A stretch of 64,000 nt of DNA from Chakrabartia sp. (lineage in GTDB: Bacteria > Pseudomonadota > Alphaproteobacteria > Sphingomonadales > Sphingomonadaceae). The position numbers and the translations under genes were made by a program. The stretch is taken from contig JBBATS010000001.1 of assembly GCA_040398625.1 (NCBI GenBank), positions 47,212 to 111,211 on the forward strand. Reading direction: 5' to 3'. This document shows positions 30,488 through 42,029 of the stretch, piece by piece (within the stretch, counting starts at the first letter, position 1; the number at the start of each line of letters is the position of its first letter). The notes under the pieces were generated by a model. The model was not told the origin of the DNA. It did not search any database and saw only the letters and a list, made by a program, of their open reading frames with translations.

Positions 30488-31435
30488 TTAATCCGCCAGT
30501 TCGCGCGGCAGCTTGAAGACCATGTTTTCGGTCGCGGTGGTGACTTCTTCTTCGACAACGTTGAAACGCTCCCGCAGCGCTGTCACGATTTCGCGCACCA
30601 GGATTTCAGGGGCAGAGGCGCCTGCGGTTAACCCGACACGGGTCGCATCCCCCAACCAGTCAAAATCGATCTCATGCGCGCGCTGGACGAGCAGGGCAGG
30701 TACGCCCATGCGCTGGCCGACTTCGGCAAGGCGCATCGAATTAGAGGAATTGGGCGCTCCGATCACGATCAGTCGCTCAACCGACTGGCAAATCGCCTTC
30801 ACAGCATCCTGACGGTTGGACGTAGCATAGCAGATGTCGTCGCCGCGGGGGCCAGTAATGTCGGGGAAGCGGGCTTTGAGCGCGCCGATCACTGCCGCTG
30901 TGTCATCGACCGAAAGGGTGGTCTGCGTTAGAAAACCGAGCGTGGCGCCATCGAGGTCCGGCAGCTTTGCAACATCCTCGACGGTTTCGACCAAGGTCAT
31001 GTTTCCGTCGGGAACTTGCCCGAAAGTTCCGATGACTTCGGGATGCCCCGCATGGCCGATGAACAGGATGTGCTTGCCCTGATCAACAAGGCGTTCGACC
31101 TGACGGTGAACCTTGGAGACGAGCGGGCAGGTGGCGTCCAGCCATTCAAGGCCGCGCGCGTCGGCCGCGGCCGGGACGACCTTTGGCACGCCATGCGCTG
31201 AAAAGATGACGGGAACACCGTCTGGAACTTCGTCCAGTTCTTCAACGAAGATGGCGCCTTTGGCCTTCAGGCTTTCGACGACATACTTATTGTGGACGAT
31301 CTCATGCCGGACATAAACGGGCGCGCCATATTTCTCGATCGACTTTTCGACGATCACAATGGCGCGGTCGACACCGGCGCAAAAGCCGCGCGGGGCGGCG
31401 ATCATAAGGGTCAGGGTGGGCTTCGTGTCGCTCAT
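30488..31435 (-). CDS. ispH: 4-hydroxy-3-methylbut-2-enyl diphosphate reductase
   Basis: [55 protein letters not shown]; true start ATG 31435 (the track ORF is over-extended). Confidence 0.97.
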   Translation of the reverse strand: MSDTKPTLTLMIAAPRGFCAGVDRAIVIVEKSIEKYGAPVYVRHEIVHNKYVVESLKAKGAIFVEELDEVPDGVPVIFSAHGVPKVVPAAADARGLEWLDATCPLVSKVHRQVERLVDQGKHILFIGHAGHPEVIGTFGQVPDGNMTLVETVEDVAKLPDLDGATLGFLTQTTLSVDDTAAVIGALKARFPDITGPRGDDICYATSNRQDAVKAICQSVERLIVIGAPNSSNSMRLAEVGQRMGVPALLVQRAHEIDFDWLGDATRVGLTAGASAPEILVREIVTALRERFNVVEEEVTTATENMVFKLPRELAD

Positions 31436-31519
31436 CTTATCGCAGCCCCTACGCGATTGCTTGCAGGCGGGAAAGCGGGTTCCTATACGGGCGGTCCTAA
31501 TTCTTCGGGGATACCGCCT

Positions 31520-32164
31520 GTGACCTTCCGTAAATCGTTGTTGCTCTCCGGCCTTGCCGCCGTTTCCCTCGCTGGTTGCGCCAAGGATGGTGACTTCGAT
31601 TCGAGCGGCGGTATCGCCGTGACCCGGTCTTCCTGCCCGGCTGTGGCGGTGCCTGTTTATACCGGTGATCTGACGCTGTTCGATCCCGCAACCAGCCGCG
31701 ATGCCCGCGCCATCGACGTGGTCGCGACGCTGACCAACGTCCGCTCGACCTGTGCGGAACAGGGCGACGACATTGTTACAAATGCGACATTTGATGTCGT
31801 TGCCATCCGCCGCGACAGCGCTGGCGCGCGTCAGGTAGAACTGCCTTACTTCGTGTCTGTGGTGCAGGGCGGCCGCGCTGTGGTGTCCAAGCGCGTCAAC
31901 CGTGTCACGATCAACTTCGCCGACGGTCAGACCCGTGCCTCGGGCAAGGGAACAGCGGCAGGCTTCATCAACCGGGCGGCAGCGACCCTGCCACCCGAAA
32001 TTCAAGAACGCCTGACGCGCAAGCGCAAGGCGGGCGACATGGACGCAGCGGTTGATCCGCTGTCTGTGCCTGAAGTCCGTGCCGCAGTGCAGCGGGCAAG
32101 CTTTGAGATGCTGATCGGCTTCCAGATGACCGACGCCCAGTTGCAGTATAACGCAACCCGCTAA
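31520..32164 (+). CDS. Conserved hypothetical lipoprotein
   Basis: GTG start, lipobox [36 protein letters not shown]; divergent from ispH. Confidence 0.75.
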   Translation: MTFRKSLLLSGLAAVSLAGCAKDGDFDSSGGIAVTRSSCPAVAVPVYTGDLTLFDPATSRDARAIDVVATLTNVRSTCAEQGDDIVTNATFDVVAIRRDSAGARQVELPYFVSVVQGGRAVVSKRVNRVTINFADGQTRASGKGTAAGFINRAAATLPPEIQERLTRKRKAGDMDAAVDPLSVPEVRAAVQRASFEMLIGFQMTDAQLQYNATR

Positions 32165-32808
32165 TGCAGGTCTCCATCCGGGCCCTGCTTTCGGGACGGG
32201 TCCGGCCCTTTGCGCGCGGCGAAGGCAGCGCAATTTCCAAAGCGCCTCTCTCCGGCAAGGTTCGCATCACCCGTTCGGGTATCGTTGGTGATGAGCAGGC
32301 GGACGCCGTTCATCACGGTGGTCCGGATAAGGCACTGCACCATTATCCCTTCGAGCATTATGAACGTTGGCGGGGCGAGTCTGCCCATGCCGATCTGCGG
32401 GATGCGGGCGCGTTCGGTGAGAATATCTCTACCCTTGGCTTGACCGAAGACGATGTGTGCATCGGCGACAGGTTCCGGTTCGGAACCGTGCTTGTCGAGG
32501 TTAGTCAGGCGCGCAAGCCATGCTGGAAGCAGGGCGACCGTCTCGACTGGACCCAATTGCCCTCGCTGATGGTCCACGAAGGGCGTTCCGGCTGGTATTA
32601 CCGCGTCATCGAAGAAGGCGAAGTTGAAGCCGGTGATACGCTGACGCTCGTCGACAGGACGTTGCCTGAATGGACGGTCCGGCGCGTGTTTGATCTGATC
32701 GTTGCGGGCAAGAACAAGAATGACCTTGCTGCCTTCCGGGCGCTCGCGGAGATGGACGTCCTGTTCGAGGGTTGGCGAAAAATTGCGGCCGAGCGTCTGC
32801 GCGATTGA
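32164..32808 (+). CDS. MOSC domain protein (YiiM-like)
   Basis: [40 protein letters not shown]. Confidence 0.9.
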   Translation: MQVSIRALLSGRVRPFARGEGSAISKAPLSGKVRITRSGIVGDEQADAVHHGGPDKALHHYPFEHYERWRGESAHADLRDAGAFGENISTLGLTEDDVCIGDRFRFGTVLVEVSQARKPCWKQGDRLDWTQLPSLMVHEGRSGWYYRVIEEGEVEAGDTLTLVDRTLPEWTVRRVFDLIVAGKNKNDLAAFRALAEMDVLFEGWRKIAAERLRD

Positions 32809-32847
32809 CTCTATGGTCGCGACCGGTCATCTGACGACCGTCGCTGA

Positions 32848-33035
32848 CAGCGCGGGAGAGAGGTTCGTTTAACGGACCCGCCGAAGGAGCAACCGCCCCG
32901 GAATCTCTCAGGCAAAAGGACCGCGCTGACATATGTGACACTCTGGAAAGAGTTCCAGCGAAAGCTGGAGCCGCCGAAGGGGTAACTCTGGATTTGATCC
33001 GGAGGAAAGCTCTCAGGTTCCCGTGACAGAGGGGG
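32848..33035 (+). ncRNA. Tandem glycine riboswitch
   Basis: Aptamer 1: GGAGAGA...CGCCGAAGGAGCAA...AATCTCTCAGGCAAAAGGACC. Aptamer 2: CTCTGGAAAGAG...CGCCGAAGGGGTAA...AAGCTCTCAGG...GACAGAG. Directly upstream of gcvT. Confidence 0.95.
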
Positions 33036-33094
33036 TCTGGTGCATCGCCGATAGGGCAACGCACCGGTCACCTGAACACGTGGAGTCCGTAATA

Positions 33095-34234
33095 GTGAGC
33101 GACACAAACGAAATCGAAGAAAGCACCTTGGATGCGCCTTTGGCGTTGCCGTTAGATGCCTGGCATCGCGCCCGCGGGGCCCGCATGGTCGCGTTTGCGG
33201 GTTATGTCATGCCAATTCAATATGATGGCATCATGGCCGAACATCTTTGGACGCGCGAAAGTGCGGGCCTGTTTGATGTGTCGCATATGGGGCAGCTCAT
33301 CCTCTCAGGCGACGGCGTCGACGCCGCGATTGAAACGCTTGTACCCGGAGACATTGCCGGTCTGGCCGAGGGCAAGCAGCGCTACTCCCTCCTTCTCGCC
33401 GAAGATGGCGGCATCCTTGATGACCTGATGATCGCCCGCGCACCGATGGGGCTCTTCGTCGTTGTCAACGGCGCGGTGAAATGGGACGACATCGCCCATC
33501 TGCGCGAACATCTGCCCGACGAGATCACCATTTCCCATTTGGAAGACCGCGCGTTGCTGGCACTGCAAGGCCCGAAGGCGGTTGACGCGCTCAAGCGGAT
33601 TGTCCCCCGCGTGGACACACTCTTGTTCATGGAGGCAGGCTCCTTCTTCTGGGGGCTGGAGCCGCTGTGGATCAGCCGTTCGGGCTATACCGGTGAAGAC
33701 GGGTTCGAGATTTCGATCCCTGCCGAACGTGTCGCTGAGTTTGCCGACCTGCTCTGCAAAGAGCCCGAGGTAAAGCCCATCGGTCTGGGCGCACGCGATT
33801 CGCTCCGGCTGGAGGCGGGCCTCCCGCTTTACGGACATGATCTCGACCCCGCGACCGACCCGATTGAGGGCGATCTATCTTTCGCGATCTCCAAGCGTCG
33901 CCGGACCGAAGGCGGCTTTCCGGGAAGCGACCGCATCCTGAAAGCGTTGGCAGATGGCGCGGCCCGCAAACGCGTCGGCCTATCGGTTGAAGGCAAGATG
34001 CCGGTGCGCGAAGGCGCGCTGCTCTACGCCGGCGCCGACGTCGTCGGCGAAGTAACGTCGGGCGGCTTTGCGCCGACCGTCAACGCCCCCATCGCCATGG
34101 GCTTTGTCGCCGCAGCGCACAGCATGCCCGGCACCGCCCTTGAAGCAGAAGTCCGCGGCAAGCGGGTGCCGGTCACCGTCACGACACTTCCCTTCGTCCC
34201 TCACCATTACCATCGCAAAGGAGCTGCCCAATGA
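33095..34234 (+). CDS. gcvT: Glycine cleavage aminomethyltransferase T
   Basis: [46 protein letters not shown]; GTG start 33095 after GGAG. Confidence 0.96.
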   Translation: MSDTNEIEESTLDAPLALPLDAWHRARGARMVAFAGYVMPIQYDGIMAEHLWTRESAGLFDVSHMGQLILSGDGVDAAIETLVPGDIAGLAEGKQRYSLLLAEDGGILDDLMIARAPMGLFVVVNGAVKWDDIAHLREHLPDEITISHLEDRALLALQGPKAVDALKRIVPRVDTLLFMEAGSFFWGLEPLWISRSGYTGEDGFEISIPAERVAEFADLLCKEPEVKPIGLGARDSLRLEAGLPLYGHDLDPATDPIEGDLSFAISKRRRTEGGFPGSDRILKALADGAARKRVGLSVEGKMPVREGALLYAGADVVGEVTSGGFAPTVNAPIAMGFVAAAHSMPGTALEAEVRGKRVPVTVTTLPFVPHHYHRKGAAQ

Positions 34235-34602
34235 CCCGTTATTTCACCAACGAACATGAATGGATCGACGTAGACGGCAGCAGCGCGACCGTCGGGATCA
34301 CCGACTACGCACAGAGCCAGTTGGGTGACATCGTGTTCGTGGACACGCCCGACGGGGGCAAGAAGCTGTCCAAGGGCGGTGATGCCGCCGTCGTGGAATC
34401 TGTGAAGGCGGCATCCGACGTTTACGCGCCGGTCTCCGGAACGGTGATCGAGGGCAACCCCGCGTTGGCCGAAGATCCTGCGTTGGTGAACTCCGATCCA
34501 GAAGGTGAGGGCTGGTTCTTCAGAATCACGCTTGAGGACCCATCGGAGCTCGACGGCCTGATGGACGCCGCCGCTTATCAGGCTTTCGTCGCGGGGCTCT
34601 GA
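34231..34602 (+). CDS. gcvH: Glycine cleavage H protein
   Basis: [33 protein letters not shown] (lipoyl Lys). Confidence 0.97.
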   Translation: MTRYFTNEHEWIDVDGSSATVGITDYAQSQLGDIVFVDTPDGGKKLSKGGDAAVVESVKAASDVYAPVSGTVIEGNPALAEDPALVNSDPEGEGWFFRITLEDPSELDGLMDAAAYQAFVAGL

Positions 34603-34608
34603 CTTGGG

Positions 34609-34709
34609 TTCCCCTCCCGCTTGCGGGAGGGGTTAGGGGAGGGCGCGGGCCGACTCTTTCCTTTTCAATCAGGCCCTCCCCCAGCCCCTCCCGCAAGCGG
34701 GAGGGGAGA
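34609..34709. repeat. CIR/REP-like element, family C
   Basis: CCCCTCCCGCTTGCGGGAGGGG...CCCCTCCCGCAAGCGGGAGGGG, matching 10686-10780; between gcvH and gcvPA. Confidence 0.88.
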
Positions 34710-34720
34710 AGGAAGATGAG

Positions 34721-36079
34721 ATGCGTTACCTCCCCTTGACCGACACCGACCGGCAATCAATGCTCGCGACCATCGGTGCAAAATCGATTGACGATCTGTT
34801 CATAGACGTCCCCGCCGAAGCGCGACTGCCTGGTCCGATTGCGGGGCTACCCAATCATGCAAGCGAAATGGCGGTCGAACGCCATTTCTCCAACCTTGCG
34901 CGCCAGAACAAGGCGGCGAGCCATCATCCCTTCTTTCTCGGCGCCGGAGCTTACAAGCACCATGTCCCCGCGACGGTGGACCACATCATCCAGCGCGGCG
35001 AGTTCCTGACGGCCTACACGCCCTATCAGCCTGAAATCGCGCAGGGCACGCTGCAGATGCTGTTCGAGTTCCAGACGCAGGTCGCCCGGCTGTTCGGCTG
35101 CGATGTGGCGAATGCGTCCATGTATGATGGTTCGACCGCCTGCTGGGAGGCGATCTCCATGGCGGGCCGCGTGACCAAGCGGAAGAAGGCGGTTCTCTCC
35201 TCGGGGCTGCATCCGCACTATGTCAGCGTCGCCAAGACGATGGCGCATTTCACCGGCGATACGCTGGATGCGGCTTTGCCTTCGCTGGAAGCCAATACGG
35301 ATGCCGACCGTCTGCTCGCCGCCATCGATGACGAAACAAGCTGTGTCGTTGTCCAATATCCCGACATTTTGGGTCGTATCGCGGACTTGAGTGACATCGC
35401 GGCCAAGGCCCATGCGCAGGGGGCGCTGCTGATCGCTGTCGTCACCGAGCCGGTGGCGCTGGGCGCGATCCGCGCACCGGGCGAAATGGGCGCGGACATT
35501 GTCGTTGGTGAAGGCCAGTCCATTGGTGTCGGCCTCCAATTCGGCGGCCCTTATGTCGGGCTGTTCGCCTGCAAGGAGAAGTTCGTCCGCCAGATGCCGG
35601 GCCGCCTGTGCGGAGAGACAGTCGATGCGACCGGCAAGCGCGGTTTCGTGCTGACGCTCTCGACGCGCGAGCAGCATATCCGGCGGGAAAAGGCGACGTC
35701 CAACATCTGCACCAATGCGGGGCTCTGTGCGCTGGCGTTTGGCATCCACATGACGTTGCTGGGGGAGAGGGGCCTGCGCGATCTGGCCACGCTCAATCAC
35801 GCCAACGCCGTGCGTGCGGCAGAGCGGCTGAGCGCGGTTCCCGGCGTCACGCTGCTGAATGACAGCTTCTTCAACGAGTTCACGCTGATGCTCTCCAAGC
35901 CTGCCCGCCCGATCGTCCATACGCTGGCCGCGCAGGGCATTCTGGGCGGCGTCTCGCTTGGGCGTCTCTTCCCGGATGCTTCGGAACTGGAACACGGGTT
36001 GGTCGTCGCCGTCACCGAAACAGTGACCGAGGACGATATCGAAGCCCTTTCAGCAGCTCTACAGGAGGCCTTGGCATGA
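34721..36079 (+). CDS. gcvPA: Glycine dehydrogenase subunit 1
   Basis: [44 protein letters not shown]. Confidence 0.96.
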   Translation: MRYLPLTDTDRQSMLATIGAKSIDDLFIDVPAEARLPGPIAGLPNHASEMAVERHFSNLARQNKAASHHPFFLGAGAYKHHVPATVDHIIQRGEFLTAYTPYQPEIAQGTLQMLFEFQTQVARLFGCDVANASMYDGSTACWEAISMAGRVTKRKKAVLSSGLHPHYVSVAKTMAHFTGDTLDAALPSLEANTDADRLLAAIDDETSCVVVQYPDILGRIADLSDIAAKAHAQGALLIAVVTEPVALGAIRAPGEMGADIVVGEGQSIGVGLQFGGPYVGLFACKEKFVRQMPGRLCGETVDATGKRGFVLTLSTREQHIRREKATSNICTNAGLCALAFGIHMTLLGERGLRDLATLNHANAVRAAERLSAVPGVTLLNDSFFNEFTLMLSKPARPIVHTLAAQGILGGVSLGRLFPDASELEHGLVVAVTETVTEDDIEALSAALQEALA

Positions 36080-37644
36080 CGATCAACCAAAGCGGATGGC
36101 GCCCGGAAATGGGTGCAAATTCGGACAGCGACGTCGCCACCTATACCGGCAACCGCGCGCTGATGCTGGAAGAGGCGCTGATCTTTGAGATTGGCACCAC
36201 CGACACGACCGGCGTCGATATCGCGCCTGCCCCCAAGGTCGCGTCTCGGCTTGGCGGGCTGGGGCGCAACACGGGCATAGGTCTTCCGGGACTTTCAGAG
36301 CCGGAGACGGTGCGCCATTACACGCGCCTCAGCCGCCAGAATTACGCCATTGACCTTGGGCTGTTCCCGCTTGGCTCGTGCACGATGAAGCACAATCCGC
36401 GCCTCAATGAAAAGGTCGCGCGGATGGCGGGCTTTGCCGATGTCCACCCGCTCCAGCCGCAGGAAACGGTGCAAGGCGCGTTGGCTGTCATTCAGGAACT
36501 TGCGGTCTGGCTCATTGAATTGACCGGCATGTACGGCGTCGCGATGGCCCCCAAGGCGGGCGCGCATGGCGAACTGTGCGGTATCCTGTGCATCAAGGCG
36601 GCACTGGAAGCACGCGGCGAGGACCGCCCGGTCATCCTCGTGCCGGAATCGGCCCACGGGACGAACCCTGCGACGGCGGCCTTTGCTGGCTTCCGGGTCG
36701 AAAACATTCCCGCGACCACTGAAGGCCGCGTCGATCTGGCCGCGCTCAAGGCACGGCTCGGGCCGGATGTGGCGGGCGTGATGATCACCAACCCCAATAC
36801 CTGCGGCCTGTTTGAGCGCGACATGAAGGCGATCTCGGACGCGGTTCATGCGGCGGGCGCTTATGTCTATTGTGACGGCGCGAACTTCAACGCCATCGTC
36901 GGGCGCGTCCGTCCGGGCGATCTTGGCATCGATGCGATGCACATCAACCTGCACAAGACCTTCTCCACCCCGCATGGCGGCGGCGGTCCCGGCTCTGGCC
37001 CGGTCGTGCTGTCGGAAGCACTGGCACCGTTCGGGCCGATCCCCTTCGTTTCGCTGCTGAAGGACGGCACCTACAAGCTGGTGGAAGAGGAAACGGCAGG
37101 GGAGCTGCATCCCCAAACCTTTGGCCGCATGGCGGCCTTCCACGGCCAGATGGGCATGTTTACCCGCGCGCTCTCCTACATTCTGAGCCACGGCGCGGAT
37201 GGCCTGCGCCAAGTGGCGGAGGATGCCGTGCTGAACGCCAACTACATCCTGCGCAGTTTGGAAGATGTGCTGGAGGCCCCGTTCGCGTCGTCCGGCCCGT
37301 GCATGCACGAGGCATTGTTCTCCGACAACGGACTGGCGGAGGGTTTCTCCACGCTCGATATCGCCAAGGGGCTGATTGACGAGGGCTTCCACCCGATGAC
37401 GGTCTATTTCCCGCTCGTCGTCCACGGCGCGATGCTGGTGGAGCCGACCGAAACCGAGTCCAAGGCGACGCTCGACCAGTTCATCGGCGCGCTGCGCTCG
37501 GTCGCAAGGCGGGCACGGCAGGGGGATGCTGCGCTGAAGTCCGCCCCGCATTTCGCCCCGCGCCATCGGCTCGATGAAACTTTGGCCGCGCGAAAGCCAG
37601 TGCTTGTCTGGAAGGAGGCAGAACTGGCACAAGCCGCCGAATGA
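36076..37644 (+). CDS. gcvPB: Glycine dehydrogenase subunit 2
   Basis: [44 protein letters not shown] (PLP Lys), MLVEPTETE. Confidence 0.96.
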   Translation: MTINQSGWRPEMGANSDSDVATYTGNRALMLEEALIFEIGTTDTTGVDIAPAPKVASRLGGLGRNTGIGLPGLSEPETVRHYTRLSRQNYAIDLGLFPLGSCTMKHNPRLNEKVARMAGFADVHPLQPQETVQGALAVIQELAVWLIELTGMYGVAMAPKAGAHGELCGILCIKAALEARGEDRPVILVPESAHGTNPATAAFAGFRVENIPATTEGRVDLAALKARLGPDVAGVMITNPNTCGLFERDMKAISDAVHAAGAYVYCDGANFNAIVGRVRPGDLGIDAMHINLHKTFSTPHGGGGPGSGPVVLSEALAPFGPIPFVSLLKDGTYKLVEEETAGELHPQTFGRMAAFHGQMGMFTRALSYILSHGADGLRQVAEDAVLNANYILRSLEDVLEAPFASSGPCMHEALFSDNGLAEGFSTLDIAKGLIDEGFHPMTVYFPLVVHGAMLVEPTETESKATLDQFIGALRSVARRARQGDAALKSAPHFAPRHRLDETLAARKPVLVWKEAELAQAAE

Positions 37645-38276
37645 CAACACCACAGCCATTCATCATCGACGCAGGGGAGGTGGAGAAACGCCACGCCCCT
37701 GCCACCGTCCGTAATCGCGACGCCATTGCCGAGGTGCTTGAGACGGTTCTGCCGTCTTCGGGGACAGTGCTGGAAGTGGCGAGCGGGACAGGCGAGCACA
37801 TCGTGCATTTTGCCCAGCGCTTCCCGCAGCTTGTGTGGCAGCCTAGCGACTATTCTGAACTGTCGCTGCCATCCATCGCCGCATGGGTGGCCGAAGCGGG
37901 GGTGGGGAACGTGCAGCCCTCTGTCCAACTGGATGCTTCCCTACCGGACTGGCCTGTGAGGCAAGTGAACGCCGCCCTGTGCATCAACATGATCCACATC
38001 TCCCCTTGGGCAGCGACCGAGGGACTTATGGCAGGCGCGGGCCGCCTGCTTCCGGCCGGAGCGCCGCTCTATCTCTATGGCCCGTTCCTGCGGGACGATG
38101 CCGAAACCGCGCCCAGCAATCTTGATTTTGACAAGTCGTTGAAGGACCGCGACCCGGATTGGGGCCTGCGGCACCTGACCGACGTAACCGCACTTGCCGC
38201 CGCGCAGGGCCTGCAGCTCGACCGCGTCATTGAGATGCCTGCCAACAACCTGTCGGTCATCTTCCGTAAGGGCTGA
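37641..38276 (+). CDS. DUF938 family SAM-dependent methyltransferase-like protein
   Basis: RNRDAI, LEVASGTGEH, NMIHISPW, LYGPF, WGLR, MPANN. Confidence 0.9.
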   Translation: MTTPQPFIIDAGEVEKRHAPATVRNRDAIAEVLETVLPSSGTVLEVASGTGEHIVHFAQRFPQLVWQPSDYSELSLPSIAAWVAEAGVGNVQPSVQLDASLPDWPVRQVNAALCINMIHISPWAATEGLMAGAGRLLPAGAPLYLYGPFLRDDAETAPSNLDFDKSLKDRDPDWGLRHLTDVTALAAAQGLQLDRVIEMPANNLSVIFRKG

Positions 38277-38360
38277 CGCAATTGGCAGCTTTACGTCTGC
38301 GACAAGGGCCCCATAACTCTCCGCCATAAATAGAATCATGATGAGAGAGGGTTTCCCCGC

Positions 38361-39917
38361 ATGGCTGAGCTAGCCGACCTGCTGACGTTTGATGAGTTTC
38401 TGACCCATTGGGGCACGGAACGCCGCGACCATCTGGGGATGCGCGAGGAAGACCGGTTCTGGTCCTATGGCCAGTTGGAGGACCGCACGGCGCGCGTGGC
38501 GTCCATGCTGCTCGCCGCGGGCCTGAAAAAGGGTGACCGCATCTGCTGGATCGGCAAGAACTCCGACATCTACTTCACGCTCTTTTACGGCGCGGCGCGG
38601 GTGGGCGTGGTCATGGCCCCCATTGGCTGGCGTCTGGCCGCGCCCGAATGGGCCTATATCGTCAACGACACCCACGCGAAGATCGTCTTCACCGGCCCCG
38701 GTTTTGAAGGGGCGGAAGAGGCGCTGAAGCCGCACCTCACCAACAATCCGCGCTTCATTGGCGAACAGGAGGCGCGCAAGCTGGTCGAGACGACCGAACG
38801 GGTCGACTTCACCGCCGCCGGTCCCGACGATGCGGTGCTGCAGCTCTACACATCCGGCACCACCGGCAACCCCAAGGGTGTCGAGTTGTCCAACCGCAAC
38901 CTGTTCGCCCTGCGCAAGGGCACGGCGGATGCAGGTCTTGCCTACACCCAGTGGGAAGATGACGAAGTCGTCCTCGTCGCTATGCCCTGTGCGCACATCG
39001 GCGGCACGGGCCTCGGCGTCATGGCGCTGGCGAGTGGCCTGCCCGGCTATGTTCTGGCAGAATTCACGCCCGACGGGCTGTTCGACGCGATTGAAACTGG
39101 CGGCGTCACGCGCTTCTTCATCGTGCCCGCCGCGCTCCACATCTTGTTGCAGCACCCGCGCTGCGCGACGGTCGATTACAGCCGCCTGAAGTATATTCTC
39201 TACGGCGCCGCACCCATCCCGCTTGAGCTACTGCGCGAATGCATCAAGACCTTCGGCTGTGAGTTTATCCAGAATTATGGGATGACCGAGACGACGGGCA
39301 CCATCGTCATGCTGCCGCCCGAGGATCATGACCCCAACGGCAACCCGAGGATGCGATCGGCCGGAAAGCCGCTTCCCGGCGTCGAACTCAAGATCGTCGA
39401 TGCAGACGGCAACATCCTGCCGCAGGGCGAAGTGGGAGAAGTCGTCACCCGCTCCAGCAACAACATGATCGGCTATTGGAACCTGCCCGACGCCACGACG
39501 AAGACGCTCACAACTGATGGCTGGGTCTATACCGGCGATGCCGGCTATCTGGATGAGGACGGCTATCTCTTCATCCATGACCGCGTGAAGGACATGATCA
39601 TTTCGGGTGGCGAGAATGTCTATCCGGCTGAAGTTGAAAGCGCGATTTATGGGCATCCGGCGGTGCTTGAAGTTGCCGTGATCGGCGTGCCCGATGACAA
39701 ATGGGGCGAGGCGGTCAAGGCCGTCTGTGTCCCCAAGCCCGGCACCACGATTGATCCGGAAGATGTCATCTCCTGGGCGCGCGAGCGGATTGCCGGGTTC
39801 AAGGCCCCCAAGACCATCGACATCATCGAGGCGCTGCCGCGCAACGCGAGCGGCAAAATCCTGCGCAAAGATCTGCGGGCGCCCTATTGGGCAGGTCGTG
39901 ACCGGCAGGTGAACTAG
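38361..39917 (+). CDS. Long-chain fatty acid-CoA ligase
   Basis: YTSGTTGNPKG, YGMTETTG, YTGDAG, DRVKDMIISGGENVYPAEVE, LPRNASGKILRK. Confidence 0.92.
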   Translation: MAELADLLTFDEFLTHWGTERRDHLGMREEDRFWSYGQLEDRTARVASMLLAAGLKKGDRICWIGKNSDIYFTLFYGAARVGVVMAPIGWRLAAPEWAYIVNDTHAKIVFTGPGFEGAEEALKPHLTNNPRFIGEQEARKLVETTERVDFTAAGPDDAVLQLYTSGTTGNPKGVELSNRNLFALRKGTADAGLAYTQWEDDEVVLVAMPCAHIGGTGLGVMALASGLPGYVLAEFTPDGLFDAIETGGVTRFFIVPAALHILLQHPRCATVDYSRLKYILYGAAPIPLELLRECIKTFGCEFIQNYGMTETTGTIVMLPPEDHDPNGNPRMRSAGKPLPGVELKIVDADGNILPQGEVGEVVTRSSNNMIGYWNLPDATTKTLTTDGWVYTGDAGYLDEDGYLFIHDRVKDMIISGGENVYPAEVESAIYGHPAVLEVAVIGVPDDKWGEAVKAVCVPKPGTTIDPEDVISWARERIAGFKAPKTIDIIEALPRNASGKILRKDLRAPYWAGRDRQVN

Positions 39918-39918
39918 T

Positions 39919-41109
39919 ATGTCTGGGTCGCTGGATGCGTTTCGCGGGGAGGTCCGCGACTGGCTCGCCGCCAACCTGACGGACGAACTGCGCGAGGTCA
40001 GCGCCAAGTCCACCAGTGTGTTCGTGGACAAGCAGCACACGCTGAAATGGCAGGCGATCCTCCACAAACGGGGCTGGGTCGCGCCGACATGGCCCGCGCA
40101 ATATGGCGGCACCGGTTGGTCGGAGGCGGAGCGCCATGTCTTTTCGTCGGAATGTGCGTTGGCCGGGGCGCCGCCGCTGGCGCCAATGGGTCTCCGCATG
40201 GTCGCGCCTGTGATCATGCAGTACGGTTCGCTGGAACAGAAGGCGTGGTATCTGCCGCGGATCCTGTCGGGCGAGGATTATTGGTGTCAGGGCTATTCGG
40301 AGCCGGGGTCCGGGTCCGATCTCGCGTCGCTGTCATTGAAGGCAGAGCGTGACGGCGATCATTATGTGCTCAACGGCTCCAAAATTTGGACGACGCATGC
40401 GCATTTCGCGAACAAGATGTTCTGCCTCGTCCGCACCAGCCGGGAAGGTCGCCCGCAGCAGGGCATCACCTTCCTGCTGCTCGACATGGACCTGCCCGGC
40501 ATCACCGTGCGCCCGATCCATTCGATCGCGGATGATCATGACTTCAATCAGGTCTTTTTTGAAGACGTTCGCGTGCCCGTGTCCGGTCGTCTTGGTGAAG
40601 AAGATCAGGGCTGGGGCGTTGCCAAATATCTGCTCGAGTTTGAACGCGCTGTCGCGCATTCGGCGGGGCTGAAGGCGGCGCTGTCGGTGGTCATCGCACA
40701 TGCCGGTGCGTTGGCTGACGGCGAGGGTGGGGCAGAGATCAACGTACCAGCCATTCGCCGGAAAATCTCGATTCTTGCGGCGCAGATCACCGCAATTGAA
40801 GCCAGTGAGGACGTGGTCATGGCGCAGGTCGCGCGTGGCTTGAACCCCGGTCCTGCCGCGTCGATGCTGAAGATACAGGGCACCGAAACCGCTCAAAAGG
40901 TTCAGGAACTCGCCGTGGAACTGGCGGGCGACTATGCCGCTGTCAGTCAGATTGCGGCGCGCCAACCGGGCAGCAACGAAACCCCCGTCGGCTCAGATAT
41001 AGCCCTCACCGCCGTTCCGCGTTATTTCAACGGTCGGGCCGCCTCCATTTATGGCGGCTCGAACGAGATCCAGCGCGGGATCATCTCCAAACTGGTTCTC
41101 GGCCTTTGA
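39919..41109 (+). CDS. Acyl-CoA dehydrogenase (FadE17-like group)
   Basis: WCQGYSEPGSGSDLASL, NGSKIWTT, FNQVFFEDV, IYGGSNEIQR. Confidence 0.92.
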   Translation: MSGSLDAFRGEVRDWLAANLTDELREVSAKSTSVFVDKQHTLKWQAILHKRGWVAPTWPAQYGGTGWSEAERHVFSSECALAGAPPLAPMGLRMVAPVIMQYGSLEQKAWYLPRILSGEDYWCQGYSEPGSGSDLASLSLKAERDGDHYVLNGSKIWTTHAHFANKMFCLVRTSREGRPQQGITFLLLDMDLPGITVRPIHSIADDHDFNQVFFEDVRVPVSGRLGEEDQGWGVAKYLLEFERAVAHSAGLKAALSVVIAHAGALADGEGGAEINVPAIRRKISILAAQITAIEASEDVVMAQVARGLNPGPAASMLKIQGTETAQKVQELAVELAGDYAAVSQIAARQPGSNETPVGSDIALTAVPRYFNGRAASIYGGSNEIQRGIISKLVLGL

Positions 41110-41135
41110 GTGTGTGACCAGTTTTGGAGGGAAGT

Positions 41136-41387
41136 ATGAATCCGCGTGCAATGGTTCAGACAATGATTGCGCTTGCTTCGGCGTCGCTGGGGCTGGTGGC
41201 GGCGCTGGCCTGGAATGAAGCGATCAAGGCGACATTGGCGTTGCTCGATCTCGGCGACGACCTTGATGGGCTTTACACTTATGCCATCGTCGCGACGCTG
41301 GTCGCGATCCTTGTGCTCGTATATCTCGGCAAACTTGCCAGCCGTGTTGGCGGCGATGCTGTTATCGAACGCGAAGCCGAAGGCTGA
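41136..41387 (+). CDS. DUF5654-like small membrane protein
   Basis: SLGLVAALAWNEAIK, YAIVATLVA; RBS GGAGG. Confidence 0.75.
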   Translation: MNPRAMVQTMIALASASLGLVAALAWNEAIKATLALLDLGDDLDGLYTYAIVATLVAILVLVYLGKLASRVGGDAVIEREAEG

Positions 41388-41405
41388 TTGTGAGGGGGCG
41401 TCAGC

Positions 41406-42029
41406 TTAGCTGGCGCCCTTCTCCCGCGCCACAGACTGAACAAACGCCGGGCGCGCCTTCAACCGGGCATACCAGTCTTGGGTGAGCGGTCCCAATTCCT
41501 TGTCGAAACCGAACCCTGCCGCCAGATGCACCGCATAACCAACGCAGATGTCGGCAGCGGTGAAGCGGCCAGCCACCAGCCATTCCCGCCCGTCGGACAG
41601 TGCTTCCTCGATGGACTTGGCACGTCCCATGAAGAAGCCCTTATAGTCCTCGACCGCCTGCGGCAGTTTGCGTTCCTTCGGCTCCAGCCGTGTGTAGCGC
41701 AGCACGATGGTGAGCGGGAAGGTGAGCGTCGCGTCGCTGCGGTGCATCCAGTTGAGATAGGGCAGATAGTCGGCTTCGTCCGGACGGACCTCCAGTTGAG
41801 TGCCTGCGGCGATACGTTGGCAGATCGCGGCGGACTCCGTCAGCAGATGGCCATCCTCTTCCCAAGCCGGAATGGTGCCAAGCGGATTGATGTCTTTGAA
41901 CTGTTTCGCAAAAACGCGAGGTGGGAAGGCCCACATCCGCAGATCAATCTCCATGCCCGCCTCTTCAGCCGCCCAAAGACAGCGGAAGGAGCGCGCACCG
42001 GCGCAATGATGGAGAACAGGCAGGGTCAT
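41406..42029 (-). CDS. Glutathione S-transferase family protein
   Basis: RSFRCLW, INPLGTIP, LTESAAIC, GRFTAADI; ATG 42029 overlaps the DMT stop. Confidence 0.9.
   Translation of the reverse strand: MTLPVLHHCAGARSFRCLWAAEEAGMEIDLRMWAFPPRVFAKQFKDINPLGTIPAWEEDGHLLTESAAICQRIAAGTQLEVRPDEADYLPYLNWMHRSDATLTFPLTIVLRYTRLEPKERKLPQAVEDYKGFFMGRAKSIEEALSDGREWLVAGRFTAADICVGYAVHLAAGFGFDKELGPLTQDWYARLKARPAFVQSVAREKGAS

Noticed and set aside
31436-32233. 581-aa ORF suggesting an N-terminally fused IspH
   Set aside because: The extension is the antisense of the lipoprotein gene; IspH homology starts at 31435.
34716-34739. Out-of-frame ATG before gcvPA giving a 7-aa peptide (MRCVTSP)
   Set aside because: It sits too close to the RBS to be used efficiently; the in-frame ATG at 34721 has normal spacing.
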